Numbered from the stretch's first letter, positions 9,127 through 18,122 are shown. The stretch is 64,000 nt of DNA from Candidatus Microgenomates bacterium (GCA_049519355.1 JBEKQV010000001.1:220491-284490), one strand, 5' to 3'. Notes: a model not told the origin generated them from the letters alone. Translations and numbers: made by a program.

Positions 9127-9708
9127 ATGAAAAATTTTATGAAAGGTAAGTTGGGAACAGTTGTAGTTTTGATTTTCACCGTTATCTTAGCCGGAGTTGC
9201 CGTATTCACAGCCATTAGACTTTATCAGCTCAGACAGCAACCGGTTGCGCCAAATGTTCCCTCAAGTATTCCCCACGCTGCAGGAGTAACTTCCTGCACA
9301 CTTACTTTTACATTGGCTACGGCGACATCGACTGCAACCGCAACTGCAACAGCTACCGCAACTGCCACGGCAACAGCCACTGCTACAGCTACGGCAACAG
9401 CCACACCCACAGGAACTCCAGGACCAACCGGAACTCCTAATACCTGTGGAGGAACTTGCGGCAGCAACATTAACTGCGCAAGCGGCTACTATTGTAATAC
9501 GAGTGTTGGCTTTTGCCGAAATCCTTCTTGCCCAAGCCAGACAGACTGTAATTGTCCGGGTTCAACACCAACTCCTACTGGAACTAGTCACCCGACACCA
9601 ACCCCAACAGCTCCCGCTCTTCCCAGCTCTGGGACGGATTGGCCAACAATTGCAGGGGCAGGACTTGGTATATTTGTTGTAATCGGCTCGCTTCTCTTGG
9701 CTCTTTAG
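9127..9708 (+). CDS. Cysteine-rich surface protein with an (Ala-Thr)n low-complexity tract and a C-terminal hydrophobic anchor
   Basis: An N-terminal TM helix is followed by about 17 Ala-Thr dipeptides. A Cys-rich module (TCGGTCGSNINCASGYYCNTSVGFCRNPSCPSQTDCNCPG) shares the CGGTC motif with the upstream Cys-rich gene. The C-terminus is LPSSG plus a TM helix. Confidence 0.5.
   Translation: MKNFMKGKLGTVVVLIFTVILAGVAVFTAIRLYQLRQQPVAPNVPSSIPHAAGVTSCTLTFTLATATSTATATATATATATATATATATATATPTGTPGPTGTPNTCGGTCGSNINCASGYYCNTSVGFCRNPSCPSQTDCNCPGSTPTPTGTSHPTPTPTAPALPSSGTDWPTIAGAGLGIFVVIGSLLLAL
9304..9415 (+). repeat. Hexanucleotide tandem repeat (GCN-ACN)n encoding (Ala-Thr)n inside the CDS at 9127..9708
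   Basis: Directly visible as acggcgacatcgactgcaaccgcaactgcaacagctaccgca... It is in frame and lies within a coding region. Confidence 0.8.
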
Positions 9709-9717
9709 TTCTAAGTT

Positions 9718-10005
9718 GTGGACACACTAATTTCCTTAACAAAACCTCTCCTAAATTTTATCCACGCAAATTTTGTAAATATCCTTGTGGCAATAGGTAT
9801 TATTATAGTTTCCTATTTGGGTTTTCTGGCAACAACAGCTTCTCTCAGAAAATTGAAGGTAAAAGTTTACTCATATTACCCGTTCGACCAATTTTTCCCA
9901 CAAGCCGGAAAATGGTCTATCATTTATTTCTTAATAGTAATTCTTTTACTCGGAGCTCTTATATATTTCCTGGGGAAGGGAGGATTCTATTTAAGCCCAG
10001 CTTAA
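9718..10005 (+). CDS. Small two-TM membrane protein (hypothetical)
   Basis: A 95-aa ORF with two hydrophobic helices and no recognisable domain. Confidence 0.3.
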   Translation: MDTLISLTKPLLNFIHANFVNILVAIGIIIVSYLGFLATTASLRKLKVKVYSYYPFDQFFPQAGKWSIIYFLIVILLLGALIYFLGKGGFYLSPA

Positions 10006-10020
10006 GGTCAAGTTTTGTTT

Positions 10021-12468
10021 TTATCTCCAGCTTGAAAACCAGTAATAACTTTTATCCAGCCAAAGGGGAATGGAAAGCCCCGCCCAGTGAGGATAAAAAT
10101 AAATAAATAAAAGTCCCCCGGCAACAAAAAATGGGATTATCAACTTCGGAGTTCTTCTTAAAATATATCCTGTTGCAATCGTCAAAAACGGAATCGCAGG
10201 AAGATAGTGGTACAAAAACATAATCCGGGGAGAAAGCGCCCAGGGAACAAACATTACTAAATAACTGAAAACCACAAGACCAAGTTTTTTATTACGTTCA
10301 ACAAAAGCAACCATCGCGGAGACCACAACCGATGCAAATCCGAACCAAAAAACCAGCGGATTGCCAAAGGCATAAATTCTTGCAACCATTCCGCTTACCT
10401 CATCGCTTGTGTAAAGATAAATCGGCCGGATTAAAAATGGCCAGCTCCACCAAAGAGAGCTATACGGATGAGTAGCCCGAAGTCCAGTGTGATACCACCA
10501 CATTTGCTCCTGCATTCCCCACCAAACTGTAAGATTGTGACCGGTTAAAAACATGTCCGTATAGCTTAGGAGATAAACCGCAGCCGGCAAAATTAAAAAC
10601 CAAAGAATCGACTTGGTAAATTTCTTTTTCCTCCATAACCATAAAACTCCCAAAATCGGAATCGCCCAAACGGCCGACCATTTTGAAGCAAGAGCAAGAC
10701 CCAAAGATATCGCCGACCAGAAGTCGTGCTTCTTCATAAAAAGATAAATTGATAAAAGAGCAAAGAAAAGAATATAGCTATCGTTCATTCCAATTCTGCT
10801 CATAACCAGTGCAAGCCCATCAAGAGAAAATATTCCCGCGGACAGAAGTCCTATTGCCTCATCGTCAAAAATTTCTTTTCCCAAAAAATAAACCAAAAAC
10901 ACCGACCCGACTCCCAAAAGCGCACCCGGGATTCTCCAGCCAAATGAATTTTGCCCGAATATTGTCATTCCCAAAACCATTCCCAGTTTGGCCAAAGGCG
11001 GATGTGTCCACTCATATGCAAAACCGGGTGGGGGCGTGTTCCACCATTCCCAGGCCTTAGCCGCATCGGGGCCCATAATCACTTTTGCGGTAAAGGCGTG
11101 ATAGACCTCATCAAAATACATTGTGGAAGGGGAACTTAAATTAAAAACTCGGGTAATAAACGCAAAAGCCAATACGATAATCAGAAAAATCCTTGCCTTT
11201 TGTTTAGACAGGTGAATCTTGGGAATAACTTCTTCAGTTTTAACAGTCGGCTTGTTTCTACTGTCAATAAAACGATTTATAGCTGCAAACATTTTGCTCC
11301 ATTCCGATTTTAGGCCTTTATAAGCTAGGTAAAAAATATAAATTACAAAAGAAATATTTACTACCGCAAAAAATTTAACAACCATATATGAAAAAACTTC
11401 TTTGAAGTTGTCCGTTATCCAAATATAAGAGTAATAAAGATTAGCGCTATATGTCACGGAAAAACCAATGTACGGAATTAAAAAAAGAGGATTTTCAACC
11501 GCAATTATGGCCAAAGGCGCAAAAACCGGTAAAAGATGCCTTTCGTGCATTCTTGTAAAAAACATAAAACTTGATGCGAAAACAAAAGCAATCAAGTAAT
11601 AAGGTGCGTTTTTTATCTTTGATAACTTAAAACAAAGAAGTACCGTCACGCCAAGAACCACCAGATATCCGAATAGTTGAAAATAAATATTGTCGGGCTT
11701 CCAAAATCCGAAAAGGCTCCAAAAGTTGAAAGCGTTGAGTGATGTATACGGATATTGATTTAAGGAAATCCCCAGCCGCGAAAAAATAAATCCGATTAAG
11801 TTTCCAGAATTCCAAAACGGCACAAAACCGATTATGAAAACCGCAAGTGAAGTTAATGAATAAATTAAAAACTTAGAAAACTTCCATTTATCCCTTATCA
11901 TCACAAACAAAATCACCGGTAAAATAAATGCCGTTTGCGGTTTAATTAGAGTCCCCAAAGAAAGGATTGCCGCTGAAGCCAAATAAGAAGTATCCATAAG
12001 ATACACCGCCAAAACCGAAGTTAAGGCAGTTAGTGAGTCTACCTGCCCCCAAAGAGCTGAGTTTGCAAGGATAGCCGGATTAAATATGTAAATGCAGGCC
12101 CCGATTATGCCCCACCTCTCACCCTTGGATTTTTTGAGAATCTTGTAAATGAAAAGGCCCGTCAATAGATCCGAAAGTGTTGCCGGAATTTTATATAAAA
12201 CCACCTGAGGGAAAATGCCAAGAACGTTGATCTTTCCGAGTAACCATAAAAAATAAAGATACCCGGGTAGATAGTCACTCCAACTGTTATAAAAACTTTT
12301 GAGTCCATAATTAGCCAGGGATGTACTCCAGGCAATAAAGGTTCCCTGATCAAGGTGAAGTGTTCCAAAAAAAGAAAGAATAAATCTGACGATGAGACCG
12401 ATAACCAAAACGTATACAATATTGGGTATGAAGAAATTTCTGGGTTTGGCTTTTATTTTTTCTTTCAT
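10021..12468 (-). CDS. Large polytopic GT-C glycosyltransferase; the C-terminal half is PMT/GT39-like with a DE(V)YHA motif and the N-terminal half is a second GT-C-like membrane domain
   Basis: 815 aa. The motif FDEVYHAFTAKVIMG matches the DE motif of the first loop in protein O-mannosyltransferase (GT39) and ArnT-like enzymes. More than 20 predicted TM helices. Confidence 0.6.
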   Translation of the reverse strand: MKEKIKAKPRNFFIPNIVYVLVIGLIVRFILSFFGTLHLDQGTFIAWSTSLANYGLKSFYNSWSDYLPGYLYFLWLLGKINVLGIFPQVVLYKIPATLSDLLTGLFIYKILKKSKGERWGIIGACIYIFNPAILANSALWGQVDSLTALTSVLAVYLMDTSYLASAAILSLGTLIKPQTAFILPVILFVMIRDKWKFSKFLIYSLTSLAVFIIGFVPFWNSGNLIGFIFSRLGISLNQYPYTSLNAFNFWSLFGFWKPDNIYFQLFGYLVVLGVTVLLCFKLSKIKNAPYYLIAFVFASSFMFFTRMHERHLLPVFAPLAIIAVENPLFLIPYIGFSVTYSANLYYSYIWITDNFKEVFSYMVVKFFAVVNISFVIYIFYLAYKGLKSEWSKMFAAINRFIDSRNKPTVKTEEVIPKIHLSKQKARIFLIIVLAFAFITRVFNLSSPSTMYFDEVYHAFTAKVIMGPDAAKAWEWWNTPPPGFAYEWTHPPLAKLGMVLGMTIFGQNSFGWRIPGALLGVGSVFLVYFLGKEIFDDEAIGLLSAGIFSLDGLALVMSRIGMNDSYILFFALLSIYLFMKKHDFWSAISLGLALASKWSAVWAIPILGVLWLWRKKKFTKSILWFLILPAAVYLLSYTDMFLTGHNLTVWWGMQEQMWWYHTGLRATHPYSSLWWSWPFLIRPIYLYTSDEVSGMVARIYAFGNPLVFWFGFASVVVSAMVAFVERNKKLGLVVFSYLVMFVPWALSPRIMFLYHYLPAIPFLTIATGYILRRTPKLIIPFFVAGGLLFIYFYPHWAGLSIPLWLDKSYYWFSSWR

Positions 12469-13573
12469 TGTCTATTTACTTACTTCGGCAGGACGAACCC
12501 CTTATGACTATTTTACTCGACTTTCAGATTCTTTTTTACAGGGAAAGTTGTACCTGACCCAAAATCCGCCATGGCTTAACGAACTGATTCCGGCAGGACC
12601 AAACAAATTTTACGTAGTTTATCCCCCTATGCCGGCAATCTTGGCCATGCCTTTCAGATTAATTTTTGGGCAACTGTTTGAACAGCAATATCTGGCTCAA
12701 CTCCTAGGGGCCGGAATTGTGATTCTGACCATGTGTATATCATTTTCTATCAAAAAGGACAAAAAACTCGCCATTTGGGCTGGGTTTTTGGCGGGTTTCG
12801 GAACTATTATCTGGTTTTTGGCGGCAACCGGTTCGGCATGGTATCTTAGCCAAGTTAGCGCCGCTTTTTTTATGAGCGCCGCAATACTCGAATCTCTAAA
12901 TAAAAAAAGACCAATCTTAATTGGCGTACTTCTTGGCGCGGCATATCTAAGCAGAATTGAGATAATTTTATCTCTACCCTTTTTTCTATACATTCTTTGG
13001 GACAAAAATTGGTTAAAAAACTATTTAAAAATGGCAATGGGCCTTGCTCCTTTTATTTTCACCGACTTTCTTTATAACTTTTTAAGGTTTGGTGTCGTTT
13101 GGGACAAATCTTACATTTTAATTCCGGGGGTACTTAACGAAAGCTGGTATCAAAACGGACTTTTCAGTCCACTTAATATCCCCAATCATTTAAAAATAAT
13201 ATTTCTGGCCCTTCCAAAATTTATTCCCCAATTTCCTTATATCGAACCTTCGTGGGCAGGGCTCGCCATTTGGATTACGACACCCGCTTTTATTTATGCA
13301 TTAATAGCCAACATCAAAGAAAAGATTATACGGTTTTCCTGGCTTTCAATACTCTTAATTTCACTTTTGATTTTCAGTCATGGTACCACCGGCTTCTCCC
13401 AGTTCGGTTACAGATTTGCCGTAGATTTTTATCCGATTTTGATATTCCTAACAATAAAAGGCGCGGCCAAAACCGGACTAAAGTGGCACCACTATCTACT
13501 CCTAACTCTTTCAATTCTGGTTAACCTTTGGGGTGTAACTTGGATTAATAAATTTGGCTGGGTGAGTTTTTAA
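12428..13573 (+). CDS. Integral membrane GT-C-fold glycosyltransferase-like protein (start taken at MKKFLG; the ORF opens at 12392)
   Basis: About 380 aa and polytopic. The first extracytoplasmic loop (VVYPPMPAILAMPF) is typical of mannosyl/glucosyl GT-C transferases. The gene is divergent from the 10021..12468 gene with overlapping 5' ends. Confidence 0.45.
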   Translation: MKKFLGLAFIFSFIVYLLTSAGRTPYDYFTRLSDSFLQGKLYLTQNPPWLNELIPAGPNKFYVVYPPMPAILAMPFRLIFGQLFEQQYLAQLLGAGIVILTMCISFSIKKDKKLAIWAGFLAGFGTIIWFLAATGSAWYLSQVSAAFFMSAAILESLNKKRPILIGVLLGAAYLSRIEIILSLPFFLYILWDKNWLKNYLKMAMGLAPFIFTDFLYNFLRFGVVWDKSYILIPGVLNESWYQNGLFSPLNIPNHLKIIFLALPKFIPQFPYIEPSWAGLAIWITTPAFIYALIANIKEKIIRFSWLSILLISLLIFSHGTTGFSQFGYRFAVDFYPILIFLTIKGAAKTGLKWHHYLLLTLSILVNLWGVTWINKFGWVSF

Positions 13574-13575
13574 TA

Positions 13576-15063
13576 ATGAAAAGAAACATAATCTTTCTTG
13601 TAATTCTTCCCCTTACGGCTATTGGATTATTACTCCGTGTGTGGAATTTGAAATCCAACCCTCCGGAACTCTTTAGTGACGAAATTAGAGGAATCCTTTC
13701 CGCAAAAAGCATGATTGAAAGCGGCAAAGATATCAATGGAAAACCCGAACTTTATTTCTACAACCGGCTCGAACTTTACCCACCGGTCTACGGATACTTA
13801 GCTGCCTTAACTTCATATGCCATCGGTAATGACACGTTGGCGGTCCGTCTGCCTGCGGCAATTTCAGGAACTATTACAATAGCCCTTGTCTTCTACCTAA
13901 CCCTGTTGTTATTTAAGAACACTATTGTTGCCGCAACTTCCGCGTTTGTCATTACCTTTGCTCCCTGGGCAATACACTTCAGCCGTGTTGGCTGGGAACC
14001 GGGGATTTTCCTTCCGTTTATTATTCTTCCCATAATTTTATTCTTCCTTTTTTTGCATAAGAAGAAGAACATTTTTCTATTTTTATCTTTTATTTTCTTT
14101 GCTTTTGCGGTTTACACGACAAGATCTTCGGAATTCCTCTCGCCTTTATTTATGGTCATTTTACTCGCTCTCAACTTCCGCGAAATTAAGAAACACTACG
14201 TCCCGGTAGTTGCGAGTCTTGCAATTTTTTCTATTTTGATCATTCCTTACCTGTATATTTCCGCCACTCAACCTCTAATGCATGAAAGAGCGGATAGGAT
14301 TTTTACGTTCGCTGGCGGTGTTAATAAAACCACACTAGGGATTTTTGTCAGAAATTATTATTCTCACCTAACCCCTTCATTTCTATTTATAAACGGCGAT
14401 CCAAATCTTAGACAAGGGGCAGGAACTGGAGTTTTATTTTGGAGTTTCCTTCCGTTAATTATTCTTGGACTCGTTGAAACCTTCAAAAACATACCAAAAA
14501 AAGAATATAAATTTTTACTTTTGTGGTTCTTGGTTTTCCCTTTGGGAGGAAGTTTAACAAATGACGGAGTTCCTCACGCAACCAGAACGCTTATCGGCGT
14601 TGTAGCTTTTGCAATTCTTGCGGGACTCGGGGCAAGATTAATTTGGGAAAAAGGCCAAAAACTCTTCATAATATTCTCAATCATTTTATTCATTGCTTTC
14701 TCCCTCGAACTTTCAAGATTTTTGACAATTTATTTTAAAGATTATCCCATAAATTCCCAGGCTTGGTGGGAGTATGGACAAAGCCAAATATTTTCAATAA
14801 TTAAAACCAACACAAAAGGAGGTGAAAGTCTTTGTCTTTTAAACACCGATTACTGGCACGAAGAAACTTTGACAAAATATTACTTGGGCATAAATAATAA
14901 CTATAAAATTATTTACGACCCCAATAATCCCGACTGTTTTTCATCTCAAATCCTGGTTCTAAAACCCCAAGTTACTCCGCCTTTGGAATATGTTTCCATT
15001 AAAACAGTTAACAGCCTTGAGGGAAACCCAATTTGGACCGTTTACTCTTCATTGAAGAACTGA
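13576..15063 (+). CDS. ArnT/PMT-family (GT39/GT83) polyprenyl-phosphate-sugar dependent glycosyltransferase
   Basis: The N-terminus reads LLRVWNLKSNPPELFSDEIRGILSAKSM..., which is the ArnT/PMT signature DE-like loop plus a YPP motif. Polytopic. Confidence 0.65.
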   Translation: MKRNIIFLVILPLTAIGLLLRVWNLKSNPPELFSDEIRGILSAKSMIESGKDINGKPELYFYNRLELYPPVYGYLAALTSYAIGNDTLAVRLPAAISGTITIALVFYLTLLLFKNTIVAATSAFVITFAPWAIHFSRVGWEPGIFLPFIILPIILFFLFLHKKKNIFLFLSFIFFAFAVYTTRSSEFLSPLFMVILLALNFREIKKHYVPVVASLAIFSILIIPYLYISATQPLMHERADRIFTFAGGVNKTTLGIFVRNYYSHLTPSFLFINGDPNLRQGAGTGVLFWSFLPLIILGLVETFKNIPKKEYKFLLLWFLVFPLGGSLTNDGVPHATRTLIGVVAFAILAGLGARLIWEKGQKLFIIFSIILFIAFSLELSRFLTIYFKDYPINSQAWWEYGQSQIFSIIKTNTKGGESLCLLNTDYWHEETLTKYYLGINNNYKIIYDPNNPDCFSSQILVLKPQVTPPLEYVSIKTVNSLEGNPIWTVYSSLKN

Positions 15064-16209
15064 TAAAAACCATTGATTAATATCTTGCCATTTTCCGTTT
15101 CCGGCTTTTGGAATAAACACCGACTGTTGATCATAAACCGCATTTACCGGCGGGTTAATCAAAAGTTCCTGGGGGATAAGGTACTGCTTTATGTCTTTGT
15201 CATCCTCCAAGGCCTTTCTTGCCAATATCCCGGCTGTCGGCAAATTTAAGTCCGTCTCAACATATTTTTTGATAACTCCCAACATTGCCAGATCAATCTT
15301 CGGTGAAAGAAAAACTTTCGGCTGCATAATTTTAGTTTTAATTGCATCAATAACCAGTTGTTGTCGTGCCTCTCTTGCAATATCCGTTCCTTCAATCCCT
15401 GCGGCGTGGCGGGAGCGGACAAACTCCAAAGCTGTATCACCATTCATTGTCTGAGAACCGGCATTAAAGCTAACTGTCTGATACCTGCAGGCAAGAGTCG
15501 GGTCACCACCGCAAGTATCGTTTTCCTTACCGGCAACCGGATAAAGATTATCCGTAAAACTATTTTGAACATTTACCTGAATGCCGCCGAGGGCATCAAC
15601 AATATCCTTAAAGGCCGAAAAATCAATTACTACTCCATATTGAATCGGCTCTCCGACAACTTCAGCAGTAATTGTTTTTGCAAAACCAATTTTTCCTCCA
15701 GGATAACCCGAGTTATTAAAATATGGAGTAGTTTGATCGCCCCAATAGTAAGCCGAGTTTATTTTCGCGCGGATATCGGGAATCCAAAGATCTCTTGGAA
15801 TTGAAACAATCACCAAATCCGGCTTTGTCAGGGAAACCGAAACCAGAATCATCGTGTCCGTTAAATCTGGGCTATCTTCGGGCCTTGCCCCACCGGCCTT
15901 TCCCATTACTAAAATATTCACCCGGCCATTTGTTGAAGCTATTTGTCCTTCCGGAACAGCCAAAAAATTATAAGCGGATTTTATGTATGTAGAAAGACCA
16001 ACGGCACGCGCCCAAATACAAAATGAAAACAACAAACCCAAAACAACTACCAAAATAACCCATTTTAACCAAGCGTGTTTATTTTTCTTTAGAGGAGTAT
16101 TTTCCAACACTTCAGGTGTCTTTTGCGTAATAGAAATTCCTTCAGAATTTATAGCACCACGTTCCCGTCCCCTGGAATGTGTTGTAGAATTATCAGACAT
16201 GTCAGACAT
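15049..16209 (-). CDS. LytR-CpsA-Psr (LCP) family cell-wall glycopolymer ligase
   Basis: An N-terminal TM helix, then NILVMGKAGGARPEDSPDLTDTMILVSVSL, which is the LCP core motif. About 386 aa. Confidence 0.8.
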   Translation of the reverse strand: MSDMSDNSTTHSRGRERGAINSEGISITQKTPEVLENTPLKKNKHAWLKWVILVVVLGLLFSFCIWARAVGLSTYIKSAYNFLAVPEGQIASTNGRVNILVMGKAGGARPEDSPDLTDTMILVSVSLTKPDLVIVSIPRDLWIPDIRAKINSAYYWGDQTTPYFNNSGYPGGKIGFAKTITAEVVGEPIQYGVVIDFSAFKDIVDALGGIQVNVQNSFTDNLYPVAGKENDTCGGDPTLACRYQTVSFNAGSQTMNGDTALEFVRSRHAAGIEGTDIAREARQQLVIDAIKTKIMQPKVFLSPKIDLAMLGVIKKYVETDLNLPTAGILARKALEDDKDIKQYLIPQELLINPPVNAVYDQQSVFIPKAGNGKWQDINQWFLSVLQ

Positions 16210-18118
16210 AAGTATAACAGCTTCTAAAGCTGGTTCGACATATGATGTCGTAGCTGGTTTAAACGAACAACAAAAACAAGCAGTAACTTACACGGGAGGG
16301 CCACTTTTGGTTTTAGCAGGAGCCGGTAGCGGAAAAACCAAAGTTCTGACCCACCGCGTAGCTTACTTTATTTCCCGGGGCTTAATTAAACCTGAGAATG
16401 CTCTCTTACTCACTTTTACAAATAAAGCAGCGGGCGAAATGAAGGAAAGAATCTCGGCTCTCACAAACGGCAATCCGCCGTTCTCCGGAACTTTTCATTC
16501 CTTTTGCGCTAAGGTTTTAAGAATCGACGGCAGACAAATAGGCATCCCCATAAACTTCATTATTTATGACGAACAGGACCAGAAAGACGTAGTTAAACAG
16601 ATTCTTGAAAAAATGGATCTCTCTACGGATCAATACAACCCAGCCGCAATCCTATCCGGCATTTCTGAAGCCAAAAACCAGATGCTTAATCCCGAAGAAT
16701 ATAAAGAATTTATTAGAAGCGAGTGGCAGGAAATTGTCGCAAAAGTTTATAGCGAATACGAAAAGATGTTAAAAGAAATCGGGGCATTGGACTTTGACGA
16801 TTTGTTGATCAGGACCGTAAAACTTTTCAGGGAAGTGCCGGAGGTTCTGGAAAAATGGCAAAGAACTCTAACTCATATATTTGTCGATGAGTGGCAGGAC
16901 ACAAATAAAATTCAGTATGCTTTGACAAAACTCTTGGTGGGAAAAACAAAAAACATTACTGCAGTTGGGGATGCAAGCCAAAGTATTTATAGCTGGCGTG
17001 GGGCGGATTACAGAAACATTAATTATTTGATACGTGATTATCCCGATATAAAAGTAATAAATCTCGAGCAAAACTACCGCTCTACCCAAAATATTCTGGA
17101 CGCTGCAAATCTCGTCATCTCAAAAAACACAACACACCCGATTCTTAAACTCTGGACGGAAAAATCTGCCGGGGCAAAAATTAAACTTTACGCCGCCAGA
17201 AACGGTTTTGATGAAGCCGATTTTGTTGTCTCGGAAACCGAGTCGCTTTTATCGCAATCCCGAAAATATAGTGATATTGCCGTACTCTACAGGACCAATG
17301 CCCAATCCCGGGTTTTGGAAGAAGCCCTATTGCATGCCGGAATTCCTTACACCCTAGTCGGCGGAGTTAGATTTTACGACCGCAAAGAAATTAAAGATGT
17401 CATCAGCTATATTAAATATCTGGTCAATCCGAAAGACTCCGTCTCCAGAAAAAGAATTGAAAAAATAGGACTCCGGAGATTTGAAAAGTTAAAAGAAATG
17501 GGCACGATCGAAGGGATGACAACCCTTGATATTTTGGATGCAGTAATTCAAAAAACTGATTATCTGAGCCTTTTCCAACGTGAGAGTGAAGAAAATCTTG
17601 CACGGCTTGAAAACATAAAAGAACTTAGGAGTGTTGCCACCGAATTCCCCAACATCAACGAATTCTTGGAGAACGTTGCCTTGGTTGAAGCCCAACAGGA
17701 TTCCAAAAAACATATTGGCCTAAATATGCAAAAAGATGCCGTAACTTTAATGACACTTCATGCAGCCAAAGGTCTTGAGTTTCCGATTGTTTTTATTGTA
17801 GGAATGGAAGAAGGGCTTTTCCCTCATTCCCGAAGTTTAATGGATACAAATCAACTTGAAGAGGAGCGCCGCCTTGCCTACGTCGGGATTACCCGTGCCA
17901 AAGAACTCCTATACCTTACCTATGCCGCTTCCCGCCTCTATTTCGGAGAAAAAATCAGTAACCCTCCCAGTAGGTTCATTATGGATATTCCTGAAGATCT
18001 GATCGAAAACCTGGGGGAAAATAGTTTTTCCGCAGCGGGTGATTTAAAATTGGACTCAGTCGGGGACATTAAAGGAACTTTTGACGACATTATTGAGAAA
18101 TACCTAGACCATGAATAA
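16199..18118 (+). CDS. pcrA: ATP-dependent DNA helicase PcrA/UvrD (start taken at the MSDISIT Met; the ORF opens at 15983)
   Basis: Walker A (AGAGSGKTKVLTHR), a DEWQD-type motif (FVDEWQDTN), and the QNYRST and GITRAK motifs of the UvrD superfamily 1A helicases. Confidence 0.85.
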   Translation: MSDISITASKAGSTYDVVAGLNEQQKQAVTYTGGPLLVLAGAGSGKTKVLTHRVAYFISRGLIKPENALLLTFTNKAAGEMKERISALTNGNPPFSGTFHSFCAKVLRIDGRQIGIPINFIIYDEQDQKDVVKQILEKMDLSTDQYNPAAILSGISEAKNQMLNPEEYKEFIRSEWQEIVAKVYSEYEKMLKEIGALDFDDLLIRTVKLFREVPEVLEKWQRTLTHIFVDEWQDTNKIQYALTKLLVGKTKNITAVGDASQSIYSWRGADYRNINYLIRDYPDIKVINLEQNYRSTQNILDAANLVISKNTTHPILKLWTEKSAGAKIKLYAARNGFDEADFVVSETESLLSQSRKYSDIAVLYRTNAQSRVLEEALLHAGIPYTLVGGVRFYDRKEIKDVISYIKYLVNPKDSVSRKRIEKIGLRRFEKLKEMGTIEGMTTLDILDAVIQKTDYLSLFQRESEENLARLENIKELRSVATEFPNINEFLENVALVEAQQDSKKHIGLNMQKDAVTLMTLHAAKGLEFPIVFIVGMEEGLFPHSRSLMDTNQLEEERRLAYVGITRAKELLYLTYAASRLYFGEKISNPPSRFIMDIPEDLIENLGENSFSAAGDLKLDSVGDIKGTFDDIIEKYLDHE

Positions 18119-18122
18119 ATAA

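Noticed and set aside
9225-9470. Regular short repeats that could suggest a CRISPR-like array
   Set aside because: The repeat unit is 6 nt with no spacers, is in frame, and encodes (Ala-Thr)n within a CDS. The minus-strand ORF over it merely reads the same repeat as (Val-Ala)n.
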